Virus record (IMG/VR): IMGVR_UViG_3300027759_000092
Coordinates: 1 to 63,132 of that record
Reading direction: 5' to 3' (one strand)
Origin: a virus
Lineage: Duplodnaviria > Caudoviricetes
Length of the DNA stretch: 63,132 nt
The notes under the pieces were generated by a model. The model was not told the origin of the DNA, searched no databases, and saw only the letters and a program-made list of their open reading frames with translations. Made by a program: the position numbers and the translations under genes. Below, piece after piece: positions 26,172 to 35,067 of this stretch (position 1 is the first letter of the stretch; each line of letters begins with the position of its first letter).

Positions 26172-27843
26172 CTAGGTTCTCCGAGTAAGTGCCTGAGGTT
26201 TTGTTATACAACATTGATGTTTCACCTTGTGTGCCGACCCATCTGTATCGGCACTTCCATACTGCGATCTCTACGTGGTGATCCCTCCTGTGGACTGTCA
26301 CCCCACAATCGGTCTTTGCCCACCAAGCCATCGACCCTGCTATCGACATCCCATCGGGGCGGGGTTGCTCCGTGCCTTGACGGGTGATCTTAGACGGGTG
26401 AGCAACGAACCATGTATGGACATCATGGGACTTGCAGAACTTCTGTACCCTCGTCAGCATATCGCTGATGGCATTTGTCTCTGTGCCGTCACCCCTTGGC
26501 AGTTCAATGTAGTTGTAAGGGTCAATGACCAACCCCCGTACACCCATCCTCTTGACCGCTACCCGTGCCCGTTCAAGTATTGAATCCAGTGTGCTTGGTT
26601 CTTCGCCATTGGTGTCGATGAACAGGAAATGATCCTTAACGAATTTAAACGCATTGTCCCGCTCCTGCTCGGTCATCCTGTCCCGACCCTCAAAGAATCT
26701 GCGCTTGGTATAGATCTCCATCAACCTACTGATGTGAACCTCAGGTTGATTCTCAAACGAACAGACGGCAAACTTCCAATCATGGGCACGGGCTAGGTTG
26801 ACCATGATCTGATCCACAAAGTTGGACTTACCTGAGGACGGGTAGCCTGTGACCACAGTCAACTGACTCGGTGCTACTGTATAGATCTCATCGACCGACT
26901 GATATCCTGTTGAGAATCCCTTCCCTGTTCCCTTCGAGTAAAGATCGTTTAAACGGTCAAAGAACACCCCAGCATCGCTGATTCCCGAGATCGGGTACGC
27001 CACTGCGGCATCGACCACCGCCTGTACCGCCCCTGTCCGTGACGGGTCATCGAGGTGAACCTCGTTTAAATCCTTCTTGGCAAACTTAGCCAGCCTGCAT
27101 TTCTCTTTACCAATCCTTCGGGCTAACTCTTCGGCTAAGGCTTGCCCCGCAGTGTCCTGATCTGTGGCTAGGACTACGTAAGGAGCGGCATCGAATACCT
27201 CACGGGCATTCCATACATACGCAAATCTTTTGTCTTCTGACGGCAACACCTTCCCGTCTGCCACCTTGATGGGTGCTCCACTTGGAACGCTGACCACGTT
27301 GGTGATGCCTAACTCCATGAGGGTTAGGCAATCTATCTCACCTTCTACGATGATGATAGGTTCTCCCTTGACGACCTGATCGATGCCAAAGAAATCATGT
27401 GCACCGCCTGAGTCTTGGGTAAAGTCTTTCTCAGGGAATGATCGGTACTTGGCGGCAACCAGTGCACCATTGCGGAAGTAAGGAAAGCCTATGGCATCTG
27501 CGTTTCTGCCTAGCTTGCCAAAGAACTTCTCTGCGGCAAACAGTTTCATTTTGTCTGCGGTCTGAGAGGAGATCCCTCGTTGCTCAAGCCATGCGTAATG
27601 CGTAGCTTGTAGCTTGTTTGATATGACTATGGGGTTGGGTACGGCTGACAATTTTCTCTCCTGTTGTGGTTGGACTGAGCCGCTCGTCTGACAGTGATGA
27701 CAGTGAAAGACCACTGCCCCGTCATCTTTACGGGTCAGGGTCATATCTTTCTGATTGGATTTTCTACGCTCGGTAGAACAATACGGGCAAGCTACCCGTG
27801 TAGAGTCATGGAAATGGAACTGATCTACAAACTCAGCATTCAT
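26161..27843 (-). CDS. primase-helicase (T7 gp4/Twinkle-like)
   Basis: Zn finger CPYC...CHHC; TOPRIM VEGEID and DQD; SF4 helicase GYPSSGKS, LVIDP, VAHP, KCR. Confidence 0.92.
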   Translation of the reverse strand: MNAEFVDQFHFHDSTRVACPYCSTERRKSNQKDMTLTRKDDGAVVFHCHHCQTSGSVQPQQERKLSAVPNPIVISNKLQATHYAWLEQRGISSQTADKMKLFAAEKFFGKLGRNADAIGFPYFRNGALVAAKYRSFPEKDFTQDSGGAHDFFGIDQVVKGEPIIIVEGEIDCLTLMELGITNVVSVPSGAPIKVADGKVLPSEDKRFAYVWNAREVFDAAPYVVLATDQDTAGQALAEELARRIGKEKCRLAKFAKKDLNEVHLDDPSRTGAVQAVVDAAVAYPISGISDAGVFFDRLNDLYSKGTGKGFSTGYQSVDEIYTVAPSQLTVVTGYPSSGKSNFVDQIMVNLARAHDWKFAVCSFENQPEVHISRLMEIYTKRRFFEGRDRMTEQERDNAFKFVKDHFLFIDTNGEEPSTLDSILERARVAVKRMGVRGLVIDPYNYIELPRGDGTETNAISDMLTRVQKFCKSHDVHTWFVAHPSKITRQGTEQPRPDGMSIAGSMAWWAKTDCGVTVHRRDHHVEIAVWKCRYRWVGTQGETSMLYNKTSGTYSENLDAF

Positions 27844-28079
27844 TTCATTGCGCCAGAGGACGTTCGTTTAAACGATCTATTCTTCCCCGGGGACTCTAAT
27901 CGCACACCATCTGCGTTTGATCCACCTTTAGACAATGCCTTGACATGGGCAACGTCCTTACCTTGACGGGTCACACCCTTGGCATCAAGCTTACGCCTAG
28001 CCTTCTGACGTTCCATGCGGTTCTCATGTTCGCCTCGTTCTTTTTGGGTTTGGTATTCTTGCTTATAGTTTCGTGTCAT
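27840..28079 (-). CDS. small HNH-like protein
   Basis: KDVAHVKALSKGGSN...RLESPGKNRS. Confidence 0.65.
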   Translation of the reverse strand: MTRNYKQEYQTQKERGEHENRMERQKARRKLDAKGVTRQGKDVAHVKALSKGGSNADGVRLESPGKNRSFKRTSSGAMK

Positions 28080-28392
28080 CTTGTTCCCCTAGGATGTAGA
28101 CGCTTTGATTGCGTCCGGATAGTTTGGATCTGCGCTCTCCGATCTTAACAATCTGCCCCGATCTTCTCAATGGGGCAAACCTAGGTTGGATGCTATGAAC
28201 CCTTCGGTGTGGGAGTAGGGCAACAACCTCATCGTAGATTGCCCCGTCCGGATGTTTGGATATAGCCCACATAACTTCTTGCTCAACCTTGCCGATGTTT
28301 AAATACACTGCGGCGGCGTGACTTGTTGATGGATCCGTGCTACGTGATTTGGGATCATGAGGCTCGGGGAATAGGCTGAACTGATCGTTCAT
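28063..28392 (-). CDS. winged-helix-like protein
   Basis: RSTDPSTSHAAA, PRFAPLRRSGQI, SGRNQSVY; GGAGGG RBS before ATG 28392. Confidence 0.6.
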   Translation of the reverse strand: MNDQFSLFPEPHDPKSRSTDPSTSHAAAVYLNIGKVEQEVMWAISKHPDGAIYDEVVALLPHRRVHSIQPRFAPLRRSGQIVKIGERRSKLSGRNQSVYILGEQDDTKL

Positions 28393-28619
28393 ATCGCCCT
28401 CCATTCCCGCTCGGGTCTTTTGGAATCTGACTTGACTGTGAAGCCAGTTAGTTCTACAAGGTTCATCCTTTGAAGCAAGGGCAATGCCCTTGAACATTGG
28501 TTGACATCCAAGCCTGTTCTTCTGCCTATGCCATCCTTGCCCAGTGGGCCGTTTAGCTTGAGACAGTTATAAATAATTGCATGATGCCCTGTTAGTTCGG
28601 GCGTTTCTTTATTGATCAT
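28389..28619 (-). CDS. winged-helix protein
   Basis: IGRRTGLDVNQCSRALPLLQRMNLVE; AGGAG RBS. Confidence 0.65.
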   Translation of the reverse strand: MINKETPELTGHHAIIYNCLKLNGPLGKDGIGRRTGLDVNQCSRALPLLQRMNLVELTGFTVKSDSKRPEREWRAI

Positions 28620-28637
28620 TCTCTTACTCCTTTTGTT

Positions 28638-28841
28638 TTAAAGTTCTAGTTCAATTTGCTCCGGAGGTGTGTAGCTTTCAATAGGTATTCCTTTGTCTAG
28701 TTGGTTAATAATATCTTCCTGTGTGGCGACTCGTATTGTCATAATCCCTAATGACACATGCGCTATCGCTTGTCTGCGGTTGGATGCACGGATCAGTCTG
28801 ACCTGATCACCTACGCCTATCGTGTAAACACGTTGCTTCAT
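28638..28841 (-). CDS. hypothetical protein
   Basis: GGAG RBS before MKQRVY; VRLIRASNRRQAIAHV. Confidence 0.6.
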   Translation of the reverse strand: MKQRVYTIGVGDQVRLIRASNRRQAIAHVSLGIMTIRVATQEDIINQLDKGIPIESYTPPEQIELEL

Positions 28842-29089
28842 GTGTTGCGCTCCCTGAGTTTTTGTTCTGCCCATTCCACCGCCATTTCCCATACTTGGGC
28901 TTCTGCGGTGTTAAATAACAAACCATTCTCAAGCACACGCTTGCCGTCTCGTTCTTCGGCAGTCAGGCCAACCCATGCGCGTTGTGTATACAAAGGCAAC
29001 ACCTGACCAAGCGGTGTAAACAAAGAGCAGTCTTGATCTGTACTGACCATGCCGTTGGTTGGGTCGTACCATGCTATTGGTTTATCCAT
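28838..29089 (-). CDS. WVGLT-motif protein
   Basis: PIAW...PLYT...WVGLT...EQKLRERN. Confidence 0.65.
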   Translation of the reverse strand: MDKPIAWYDPTNGMVSTDQDCSLFTPLGQVLPLYTQRAWVGLTAEERDGKRVLENGLLFNTAEAQVWEMAVEWAEQKLRERNT

Positions 29090-29279
29090 TGTTCTTCTCC
29101 TTGAGTTTGGCTTCAATGGCGGCGGCAAATTCAAAACGATTTGCGTAGGGCATTGTGTTGCTCAGTGCAAATACTTCATCCTCTGTCAGGCCAACCCAAC
29201 GGCTATTGTCCGGTGCTTTGTACTCACTGAAATGCTTTGAAAATTCTGCAAACATTTCTTTTGTCATTGGATTGCTCAT
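29082..29279 (-). CDS. WVGLT-motif protein
   Basis: WVGLTEDE...FAAAIEAKLKEKN. Confidence 0.65.
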   Translation of the reverse strand: MSNPMTKEMFAEFSKHFSEYKAPDNSRWVGLTEDEVFALSNTMPYANRFEFAAAIEAKLKEKNNG

Positions 29280-29452
29280 GCTTTGCCCCTGTTTAAATAC
29301 CAATGCCATCTGCGTTGTTTTGCAATGATTCGGAGCGTATGCCGGACATATTGCTCAATCGTAATCTCTGCCTTTTCTAGATACCGGATTTCCGTCTGCG
29401 TCAGGATGATCCGACCGACCTTGTTCTGCCCCCTGACTTTCCTTACATACAT
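29276..29452 (-). CDS. small basic protein (58 aa)
   Basis: Own translation MYVRKVRGQNKVGRIILTQTE...RGKA; GGAGAG RBS; ATGA overlap. Confidence 0.6.
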   Translation of the reverse strand: MYVRKVRGQNKVGRIILTQTEIRYLEKAEITIEQYVRHTLRIIAKQRRWHWYLNRGKA

Positions 29453-29737
29453 GTTCTCTCCCTCATAAGCGCCCCTTGTCGGGGCTTTTGATTATTTTCA
29501 CCCAAAGACCCCCCTACCCCACGCATGGAGTACGGAGGAGTTTGGTTTCACCGCCTAACGGCATCTGCATGTCAGCGTTAGCTGAACCCCTATGCTTGCA
29601 GACTCGACCAGCACCGTGGATTGTTCGGGAACTGCCCCCTAGCCTTACGGCATACCACGTAACCCTTTGCTTCCACGCAGGCAGATATCTACCCCTTAGT
29701 AACGTCTGGAGTACGGTTGTGTATTGCGGGGGGAGGA

Positions 29738-29820
29738 GGAACTAGGACTGCTCACATGTAGCAGTGTTTTCAAAACATTTACCGTCACAGTGGCGCTAAC
29801 CCACTGCACAATCCTAGTCC
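29738..29820 (-). ncRNA. candidate cloverleaf (four-way junction) RNA, not a tRNA
   Basis: GGACTAGGA/TCCTAGTTC closing stem; CAGTGG/CCACTG, TGTTTT/AAAACA and CTGCT/AGCAG arms. Confidence 0.5.
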
Positions 29821-29915
29821 CAAAAACAAAAAGCCACTTACAACTGCCCCGTTGCGGTTCCCCAAACGGGGCGAGGCATGTGTAAATGGCTTCCTAGTGT
29901 TGACCGCAACGACAA
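29821..29915 (-). promoter_or_regulatory. candidate attenuator
   Basis: AAGCCATTTACA/TGTAAGTGGCTT stem plus T-tract; internal ACCGCAAC is complementary to upstream GTTGCGGT. Confidence 0.5.
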
Positions 29916-29922
29916 CAATTGC

Positions 29923-29953
29923 ACTGTATCACAACTTATTGGTAGGTTGTCAA
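29923..29953 (-). promoter_or_regulatory. possible sigma70-type promoter
   Basis: TTGACA-19 nt-TACAGT with extended TGn; spacing is long. Confidence 0.45.
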
Positions 29954-30113
29954 GTGTTTAAGTACTTATTGCCGAAAATATTTTAGGTACGTCTCGGCGG
30001 GTTTTGTTTAAACAGTTACGCCGGGTTGGCCAGCAAACCCCGGGAGAATGGTTTAAACTACATGCTGACAGACTACTTTGCAGTTGCCTGTCTCATTCTC
30101 TCTCCTGTTGGAG

Positions 30114-30551
30114 TTAGCCCTTCTGAGTACGCTTGGAGGGGCTTTTTTTTGGGTGCACCTCAGGCATCTTTTCAATGATCATCTCTGTACGGGGCGACTC
30201 AGGATCTAGATGCCAGTAGGTATGCCTCTCTTTAACCTGACGGTCGTTTACATAAACCAATCCTTGAAGCAAGTCTAAAATCAAGCTCTCATCTAAGTCG
30301 GGTCGTCGTGATGCGTAGTAGATATGCATGGTGATCCTTAGATCACCCGTCATCAACACGGCTAATGGTTTGCACTGTTGCCTAAATACATCAGAGTAGC
30401 TTAATGCTTTAGCAGACTTAATGAGCCTAGACATACCACCGTAGTGTACAACTCTACGAGAATTTGCTTTAGAAGCTGGCTCACCAAAAATAATTTGTGA
30501 TAGCACTTGCAATTCTGTGATAACATCACTATCATTGATATTCGTACTCAT
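30114..30551 (-). CDS. RusA-like Holliday junction resolvase
   Basis: GEPASKAN, RRPDLD, LDLLQG, NDRQV, PRTEM pattern; start uncertain (GTG at 30506 possible). Confidence 0.8.
   Translation of the reverse strand: MSTNINDSDVITELQVLSQIIFGEPASKANSRRVVHYGGMSRLIKSAKALSYSDVFRQQCKPLAVLMTGDLRITMHIYYASRRPDLDESLILDLLQGLVYVNDRQVKERHTYWHLDPESPRTEMIIEKMPEVHPKKSPSKRTQKG
30507..30535 (+). promoter_or_regulatory. sigma70-type promoter with TGATA repeats
   Basis: TTGCAA-17 nt-TATCAT; TGTGATAGCA and TGTGATAACA direct repeats plus an inverted TATCA. Confidence 0.6.
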
Positions 30552-30570
30552 AACAACCTTAGGACAAGAG

Positions 30571-31437
30571 ATGAAGATAACCAACAAGCAGAACCTACCC
30601 GCACCGTTAGTAGCTTTGCTCTCTAGGAACTACTACAGTAAGGGTGCATCACAGTATAGCGTAACTGAATTAATGTCACCACCAAAGATTAGAAGGTTAC
30701 GAGAACAGTACGATGCAGACATGGAGATTGATGTTACCAAGATGATTGCTTCTCAGCTAGGCACATTCATGCACGGCAAGCTTGAGGCTAAGGAAGTTGA
30801 GGGCTACACCAACGAGGAGCGCATCTTTACTGAGATTGATGGCGTGGTGATCAGCGGTGCGATTGACCTACAGAAGCACGTAGATGGCGGAGTTGTAATC
30901 ATCGATTACAAGTTTGTTAAGGCGTGGTCAGTCAAGCAAGGCAAGGATGACTGGATGACGCAGTTGAACATTTACAAATGGCTTGTGGAGACTGTCAAGG
31001 GTACGCCTGTGGTAGGCCTACAGATCTGTGCCATCGTCAAGGATTACTCCCCGCACGACACCTCAGAGGGCTATCCACAAGCCGAGGCAATCATGATTGA
31101 CATCCCAATGTGGGACTCAGTCCAAACCGAGACGTATGTCAGGGAGCGTTTAAACATGCACCGCAATGCCAAGGTGCACCATGAGTTTGGTGAGGACTTA
31201 CAACCCTGTACCGATGAAGAACGGTGGATGAGCGAAACCACCTACGCAGTGAAGAGAGAGGGTCGCAAGACTGCGATCCGTGTATTTAAAACTATAGATG
31301 AAGCCACAGAGTTGGCAGAAAAGGAAAAAGGCTATGTCGAAACGAGATCAGGCGAACCCAAGCGATGCACCGGAGACTTCTGCGGGGTCAGCAAGTGGTG
31401 CAGTCAATACCAAGGAGAACTCAATGTCCCCGCATGA
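30571..31437 (+). CDS. PD-(D/E)XK exonuclease (RecB/Cas4-like)
   Basis: GTFMH, ISGAIDL, IIDYK, QLNIY motifs and C-terminal cysteines. Confidence 0.85.
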   Translation: MKITNKQNLPAPLVALLSRNYYSKGASQYSVTELMSPPKIRRLREQYDADMEIDVTKMIASQLGTFMHGKLEAKEVEGYTNEERIFTEIDGVVISGAIDLQKHVDGGVVIIDYKFVKAWSVKQGKDDWMTQLNIYKWLVETVKGTPVVGLQICAIVKDYSPHDTSEGYPQAEAIMIDIPMWDSVQTETYVRERLNMHRNAKVHHEFGEDLQPCTDEERWMSETTYAVKREGRKTAIRVFKTIDEATELAEKEKGYVETRSGEPKRCTGDFCGVSKWCSQYQGELNVPA

Positions 31438-32152
31438 TTTATTAAAGATCAACGTCAATGATCACACCGAGAAGAAGAACGGCTTAACGTACCTGTCGTG
31501 GGCGTGGGCGTGGGCTGAGGCTTTGAAGGCCGATAAGAATGCAACCTTTGATGTGCAGACCTTTGAGGGTAAACCCTATATGGATGTCAATGGCACAGGA
31601 TTGGTATGGGTCACAGTCACCCTGTTCGGTCAGCCCCGCACCTGTATGTTGCCCGTCATGGACTACAAGAACAAACCCATCCTTAACCCCGATGCGTTTG
31701 CCGTTAACACGGCCATCATGCGATGCATGACCAAAGCCCTTGCGCTTCATGGTTTGGGCATTTATATCTATGCGGGTCAGGACTTGCCGGAAGATGATGG
31801 GAAAACGGCTCCTACGCCACAGGCAACGGCTCCAATGGGCGAACTAACCCGCAAGGAAGATGGCCCTAAGTACGAAAAGATTGTGGCTAAGGTTGCGCCT
31901 AAGAACCCACCCCCAGTTTTAAAGACTATTCAGCCCACCGAGTGGGATCCATCGGACGAGAGCCGCAAGTTCTTTGCCGAATCAATGATTGAGTGGACAT
32001 CCCACTGTGACTCAGTAGCAGGTTTAAACAGCTACTGGAAGAGCAATGAGCTTCAGCTTGACTCGCTGAAGGTTACGCACCCTCCCCTGTACGAGGAGGT
32101 TTTATCCCGCTTCAAGACATTGAAGCTTCAACTAACTGAGGAAACAAAATGA
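31424..32152 (+). CDS. sak: Sak (Rad52-like, DUF1071) single-strand annealing protein
   Basis: LTYLSWAWAW, LPVMD, RCMTKALALHGLGIYIYAG; AAGGAG RBS. Confidence 0.85.
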   Translation: MSPHDLLKINVNDHTEKKNGLTYLSWAWAWAEALKADKNATFDVQTFEGKPYMDVNGTGLVWVTVTLFGQPRTCMLPVMDYKNKPILNPDAFAVNTAIMRCMTKALALHGLGIYIYAGQDLPEDDGKTAPTPQATAPMGELTRKEDGPKYEKIVAKVAPKNPPPVLKTIQPTEWDPSDESRKFFAESMIEWTSHCDSVAGLNSYWKSNELQLDSLKVTHPPLYEEVLSRFKTLKLQLTEETK

Positions 32153-32472
32153 CATACCAAAAGAAAGCATATAGCAAGCCCTTTGAGGAGCGACCTGACT
32201 CCGGTAATCTTCATGCCAGTCAGATTAAGAAGACGGCTGAATCCCCCGATTACTGGGGAACGATTGCCATCAATCTTAAAGACTTGACCAACATCAAGAC
32301 TGAGAACGGTTTGACCGTGATTAAGTTATCCGGATGGAAACGTGTCAGCGAAACCAACGGCAAGACTTACTTGTCATTGGCAGTCAACCGTTGGGTTCCT
32401 GAGGAACAGGCCGGAACCCGTCAAGAGAACCAAGCGCAGAGTCACCCTGACGACTCAGACGTACCCTTTTAA
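32149..32472 (+). CDS. single-stranded DNA-binding protein
   Basis: PDYWG...LSGW...YLSL and acidic DDSDVPF C-terminus; follows Sak. Confidence 0.75.
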   Translation: MTYQKKAYSKPFEERPDSGNLHASQIKKTAESPDYWGTIAINLKDLTNIKTENGLTVIKLSGWKRVSETNGKTYLSLAVNRWVPEEQAGTRQENQAQSHPDDSDVPF

Positions 32473-32489
32473 ACCCCAAGGAGAGAGAA

Positions 32490-32861
32490 ATGTTATCTAA
32501 AAAAATTCGTGAGTACAAATTAGCCAACCCTAACGCCAAACCTAAAGAGATTGCCGAGGCAGTGGGATGCAAAGTTCCTTATGTGTATCAAGCACTGAAG
32601 TTTAAATCTGCAAAAGATCCAAAGGTTAAGCCGGAACCCAAGCCAACCGATGGTCAGCAGATACTGCGTAAAGAGATTACCCGTTTAAACGAGGAGATTA
32701 CGAAGTACAAGAACCTGACCAAGTTCCAAGAAGACAGGATTGCTTTCTTGGCAAGCAAGGTAAAGGACTTGAGATTGCACCACGAAGGCCTTGAGTACGT
32801 CATCTCTTACCTTGAGTCACGCCTTGGAATTGCGAGCAAAGATGATGGCGCTACAGTTTGA
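32490..32861 (+). CDS. HTH plus coiled-coil protein
   Basis: PKEIAEAVGCKVPYVYQ; AAGGAG RBS. Confidence 0.65.
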   Translation: MLSKKIREYKLANPNAKPKEIAEAVGCKVPYVYQALKFKSAKDPKVKPEPKPTDGQQILRKEITRLNEEITKYKNLTKFQEDRIAFLASKVKDLRLHHEGLEYVISYLESRLGIASKDDGATV

Positions 32862-33237
32862 AGCCCGTAAGGTTGCGTTAAAGCAAGACCGTACAGGTTT
32901 TGTTTTAACCATCGCTATCCACCCTGACGAAGTTCCCGAGGAGTTAATGCGGGACTTTGTTGGGGCTAGATATGGTTGTGCCTTTGTCCGGATACAGGAC
33001 GATGAATCAGCAACACCATACAGTAACCGAGTAGCTAAAGCGGGGATGCTTTGCCGCAACCCTGACTTCCAAGAGTTTTTGCTGTGCGACAACGAAACAG
33101 ATACCGCGCACATGTTGTGTAAACGGTGCGGGGTTGAGTCACGCACAGAGCTTAATGGAAACGCAGATGCTAAATATAAGTTTGACTTGCTACTCCATGA
33201 GTTTGAGTCCATAAGGAAAAACAATGACCCCTTCTAA
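32845..33237 (+). CDS. conserved hypothetical protein
   Basis: FEARKV...AGMLCRNPDF...CGVESRTEL. Confidence 0.65.
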   Translation: MALQFEARKVALKQDRTGFVLTIAIHPDEVPEELMRDFVGARYGCAFVRIQDDESATPYSNRVAKAGMLCRNPDFQEFLLCDNETDTAHMLCKRCGVESRTELNGNADAKYKFDLLLHEFESIRKNNDPF

Positions 33238-33538
33238 AAAACTAAAACCGTTTATGACTTACATAGACGATGCAGACTACGTAAAACTACGTAAGTTTGC
33301 TAAGACTAAGAAACTAACCATGGCTCAGGTTCTGCGGGAGGGATTGTCTATGCGGGTAGCGGTAGATAACCCCTACCTACAAGGTTTTAATGAGGGGCTA
33401 GATGCTTCCATCAAGATCATTAGCGGTCACCATGCGGCACAGATGAGGTTCCCGTCAGGGCAGTCATTTGCAGACCTGATGACGGACGAGATCATGAAGC
33501 AAAGACTCAGGAGCGAAGATGAAAATCTTAAAAGGTGA
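33224..33538 (+). CDS. ribbon-helix-helix DNA-binding protein
   Basis: KPFMTYID strand followed by KLRKFAK and MAQVLREGL helices. Confidence 0.65.
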   Translation: MTPSKKLKPFMTYIDDADYVKLRKFAKTKKLTMAQVLREGLSMRVAVDNPYLQGFNEGLDASIKIISGHHAAQMRFPSGQSFADLMTDEIMKQRLRSEDENLKR

Positions 33539-33749
33539 CAAGAACCAATGCCAAGGTTGCAAGGAATACTTCAATAGCAACGGAGCATTTGAGAAGCACC
33601 GTACAGGTGTGTATGGTGTAAACAGAAGATGCAGAACCCCGGAAGAAATGCTGGCTCTGGGGTTCAGTGTAAACGCTAAAGGCTTTTGGATAACCAGCAA
33701 ACGTCCGGAGCATTTAAACCTAAGGGAGATCGAAGATGCTAACAACTGA
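33519..33749 (+). CDS. zinc-binding protein (CxxC...FxxHR...C)
   Basis: CQGC...AFEKHR...RRC. Confidence 0.65.
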   Translation: MKILKGDKNQCQGCKEYFNSNGAFEKHRTGVYGVNRRCRTPEEMLALGFSVNAKGFWITSKRPEHLNLREIEDANN

Positions 33750-33915
33750 ACAACTGCGTCGCAAGGCAAGACAGATCTACAACAATGAATTGGCTCCTGA
33801 GCATATCAATCGCCACAACCAACGTAAGTGGGTTCGTGCAGTCCTAAGACTTGGCGATCATTGGTTGATTGCTAAACCACTAAGGAGACTTGATGCAATC
33901 GAAAGTAATACTTGA
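33736..33915 (+). CDS. small basic protein (59 aa)
   Basis: Own translation MLTTEQLRRKARQIY...NRHNQRKWVRAVLRLGDHWL...; GGGAG RBS. Confidence 0.6.
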   Translation: MLTTEQLRRKARQIYNNELAPEHINRHNQRKWVRAVLRLGDHWLIAKPLRRLDAIESNT

Positions 33916-34099
33916 GTTTACATACCCTGATGATGAGGACAGTTTACTGTTCGCCATCAAGGGGCCGGAGATGTACAGGGCACTGACAAACATAAAGATG
34001 GCAGTAACCGGCGGCTTTAGCACCAAGGCTGATTTAAACGCAGTGCTGGAACGAGTACGAGATTTAACTGACCAAATATTTGAGGAGTTAGGAGAATGA
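33893..34099 (+). CDS. hypothetical protein
   Basis: AAGGAG RBS; LEFTYPDD. Confidence 0.6.
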   Translation: MQSKVILEFTYPDDEDSLLFAIKGPEMYRALTNIKMAVTGGFSTKADLNAVLERVRDLTDQIFEELGE

Positions 34100-34464
34100 C
34101 AAACGAAGAACTGTTAGATACGTTTGCCCTTGAAGCTATGAAGGCATCAATTTTGCGTGGAAGTATAGCTAATGCATTTGCATTGTCTGTAGAGTGTTAC
34201 AACCTTGCGGAGCAAATGCTTATCCGAAGAAAATTAATTCTTGAAGGCAAAAAAGATTCAATATTGTTTAGGCCAATTGATGATTTTGAATTTACGGTTA
34301 GATCAATTAATTGTTTAAAAGCAGAGGGAATTTTTACAATTGATCAATTACTGCAACATTCCTCCAGCGATTTATTAAAAATGCCAAACTTAGGGCTTAA
34401 AAGTCAAAAGGAAATAATTGACGTATTAGCAATGCATGGCTTAGAACTGAGGAAGCTAATATGA
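34096..34464 (+). CDS. RNA polymerase alpha-subunit CTD-like protein
   Basis: [21 protein letters not shown]...[19 protein letters not shown] parallels RpoA RPVDDLELTVRSANCLKAE...LLKTPNLGKKSLTEIKDVL. Confidence 0.9.
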   Translation: MTNEELLDTFALEAMKASILRGSIANAFALSVECYNLAEQMLIRRKLILEGKKDSILFRPIDDFEFTVRSINCLKAEGIFTIDQLLQHSSSDLLKMPNLGLKSQKEIIDVLAMHGLELRKLI

Positions 34465-34646
34465 CAAACGAAGAGAGAGAGATGGACTTAACACTTGCAG
34501 ACCTACAGGATGAAAACCGTAGGTTGAAGAGAGTTGAGCAAGCGGCACAGGCCGTTGTCAAATCATTCAGTAATAGTATTGATTACCACACTTGGGATGA
34601 AGCCCTTGACAAGCTAGAGGCGGTGCTCAAGGAGAAGAACACATGA
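34461..34646 (+). CDS. coiled-coil hypothetical protein
   Basis: 61 aa, ATGA-coupled. Confidence 0.6.
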   Translation: MTNEEREMDLTLADLQDENRRLKRVEQAAQAVVKSFSNSIDYHTWDEALDKLEAVLKEKNT

Positions 34647-34885
34647 CAAGCAGAACACATACACCCAAAGATGTAAAAAAGATTGAATCTAACTATGCTT
34701 TAAACGTATGGGAGAAGGCGCTGGGGTGGCGCAAGCGGCAGATGATCATGAAGCAACTTGATCCTATATCTAACAAGATACGGAACGACACTTTAGAAGA
34801 GGTGGCTAAGGAGTTTGAAGCCATGAAGAACGGTGGAGATACAACTGCAAGCTTTGCAGTCTATGTGCGGAGCCTTAAGAAATGA
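34643..34885 (+). CDS. hypothetical protein
   Basis: RNDTLEEVAKE...DTTASFAVYVR; AAGGAG RBS. Confidence 0.65.
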   Translation: MTSRTHTPKDVKKIESNYALNVWEKALGWRKRQMIMKQLDPISNKIRNDTLEEVAKEFEAMKNGGDTTASFAVYVRSLKK

Positions 34886-35067
34886 ATGGGTTTGTTAAAA
34901 GACAACTAAGTCTAAATAACATACAACCCCAGATGCATCAGTTTAAACAATGCGGTAAATGCCAGCAGGACAAGCCCCCGGAAGGAGGCATCCAGATGAG
35001 TTTAAACAAATGGTACTGCGCCGGGTGCTGGGCAAATAGAATTACACGCAAGCCAAAGAATTTCTAG
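34882..35067 (+). CDS. zinc-finger protein
   Basis: CGKC...WYCAGCW. Confidence 0.65.
   Translation: MNGFVKRQLSLNNIQPQMHQFKQCGKCQQDKPPEGGIQMSLNKWYCAGCWANRITRKPKNF

Noticed and set aside
29476-29745. Plus-strand 89-aa ORF in the replication leader
   Set aside because: TTG start without RBS, opposite to the local transcription direction, and no recognisable motifs.
29738-29820. tRNA gene
   Set aside because: Cloverleaf-like, but lacks the T-loop TTCRA, the D-loop GG pattern and a canonical 7-nt anticodon loop; kept only as an ncRNA candidate.
30571-31437. Cas4-like nuclease as evidence of a CRISPR system
   Set aside because: No repeat-spacer array or other cas genes; it sits in a standard exonuclease-Sak-SSB recombination module.
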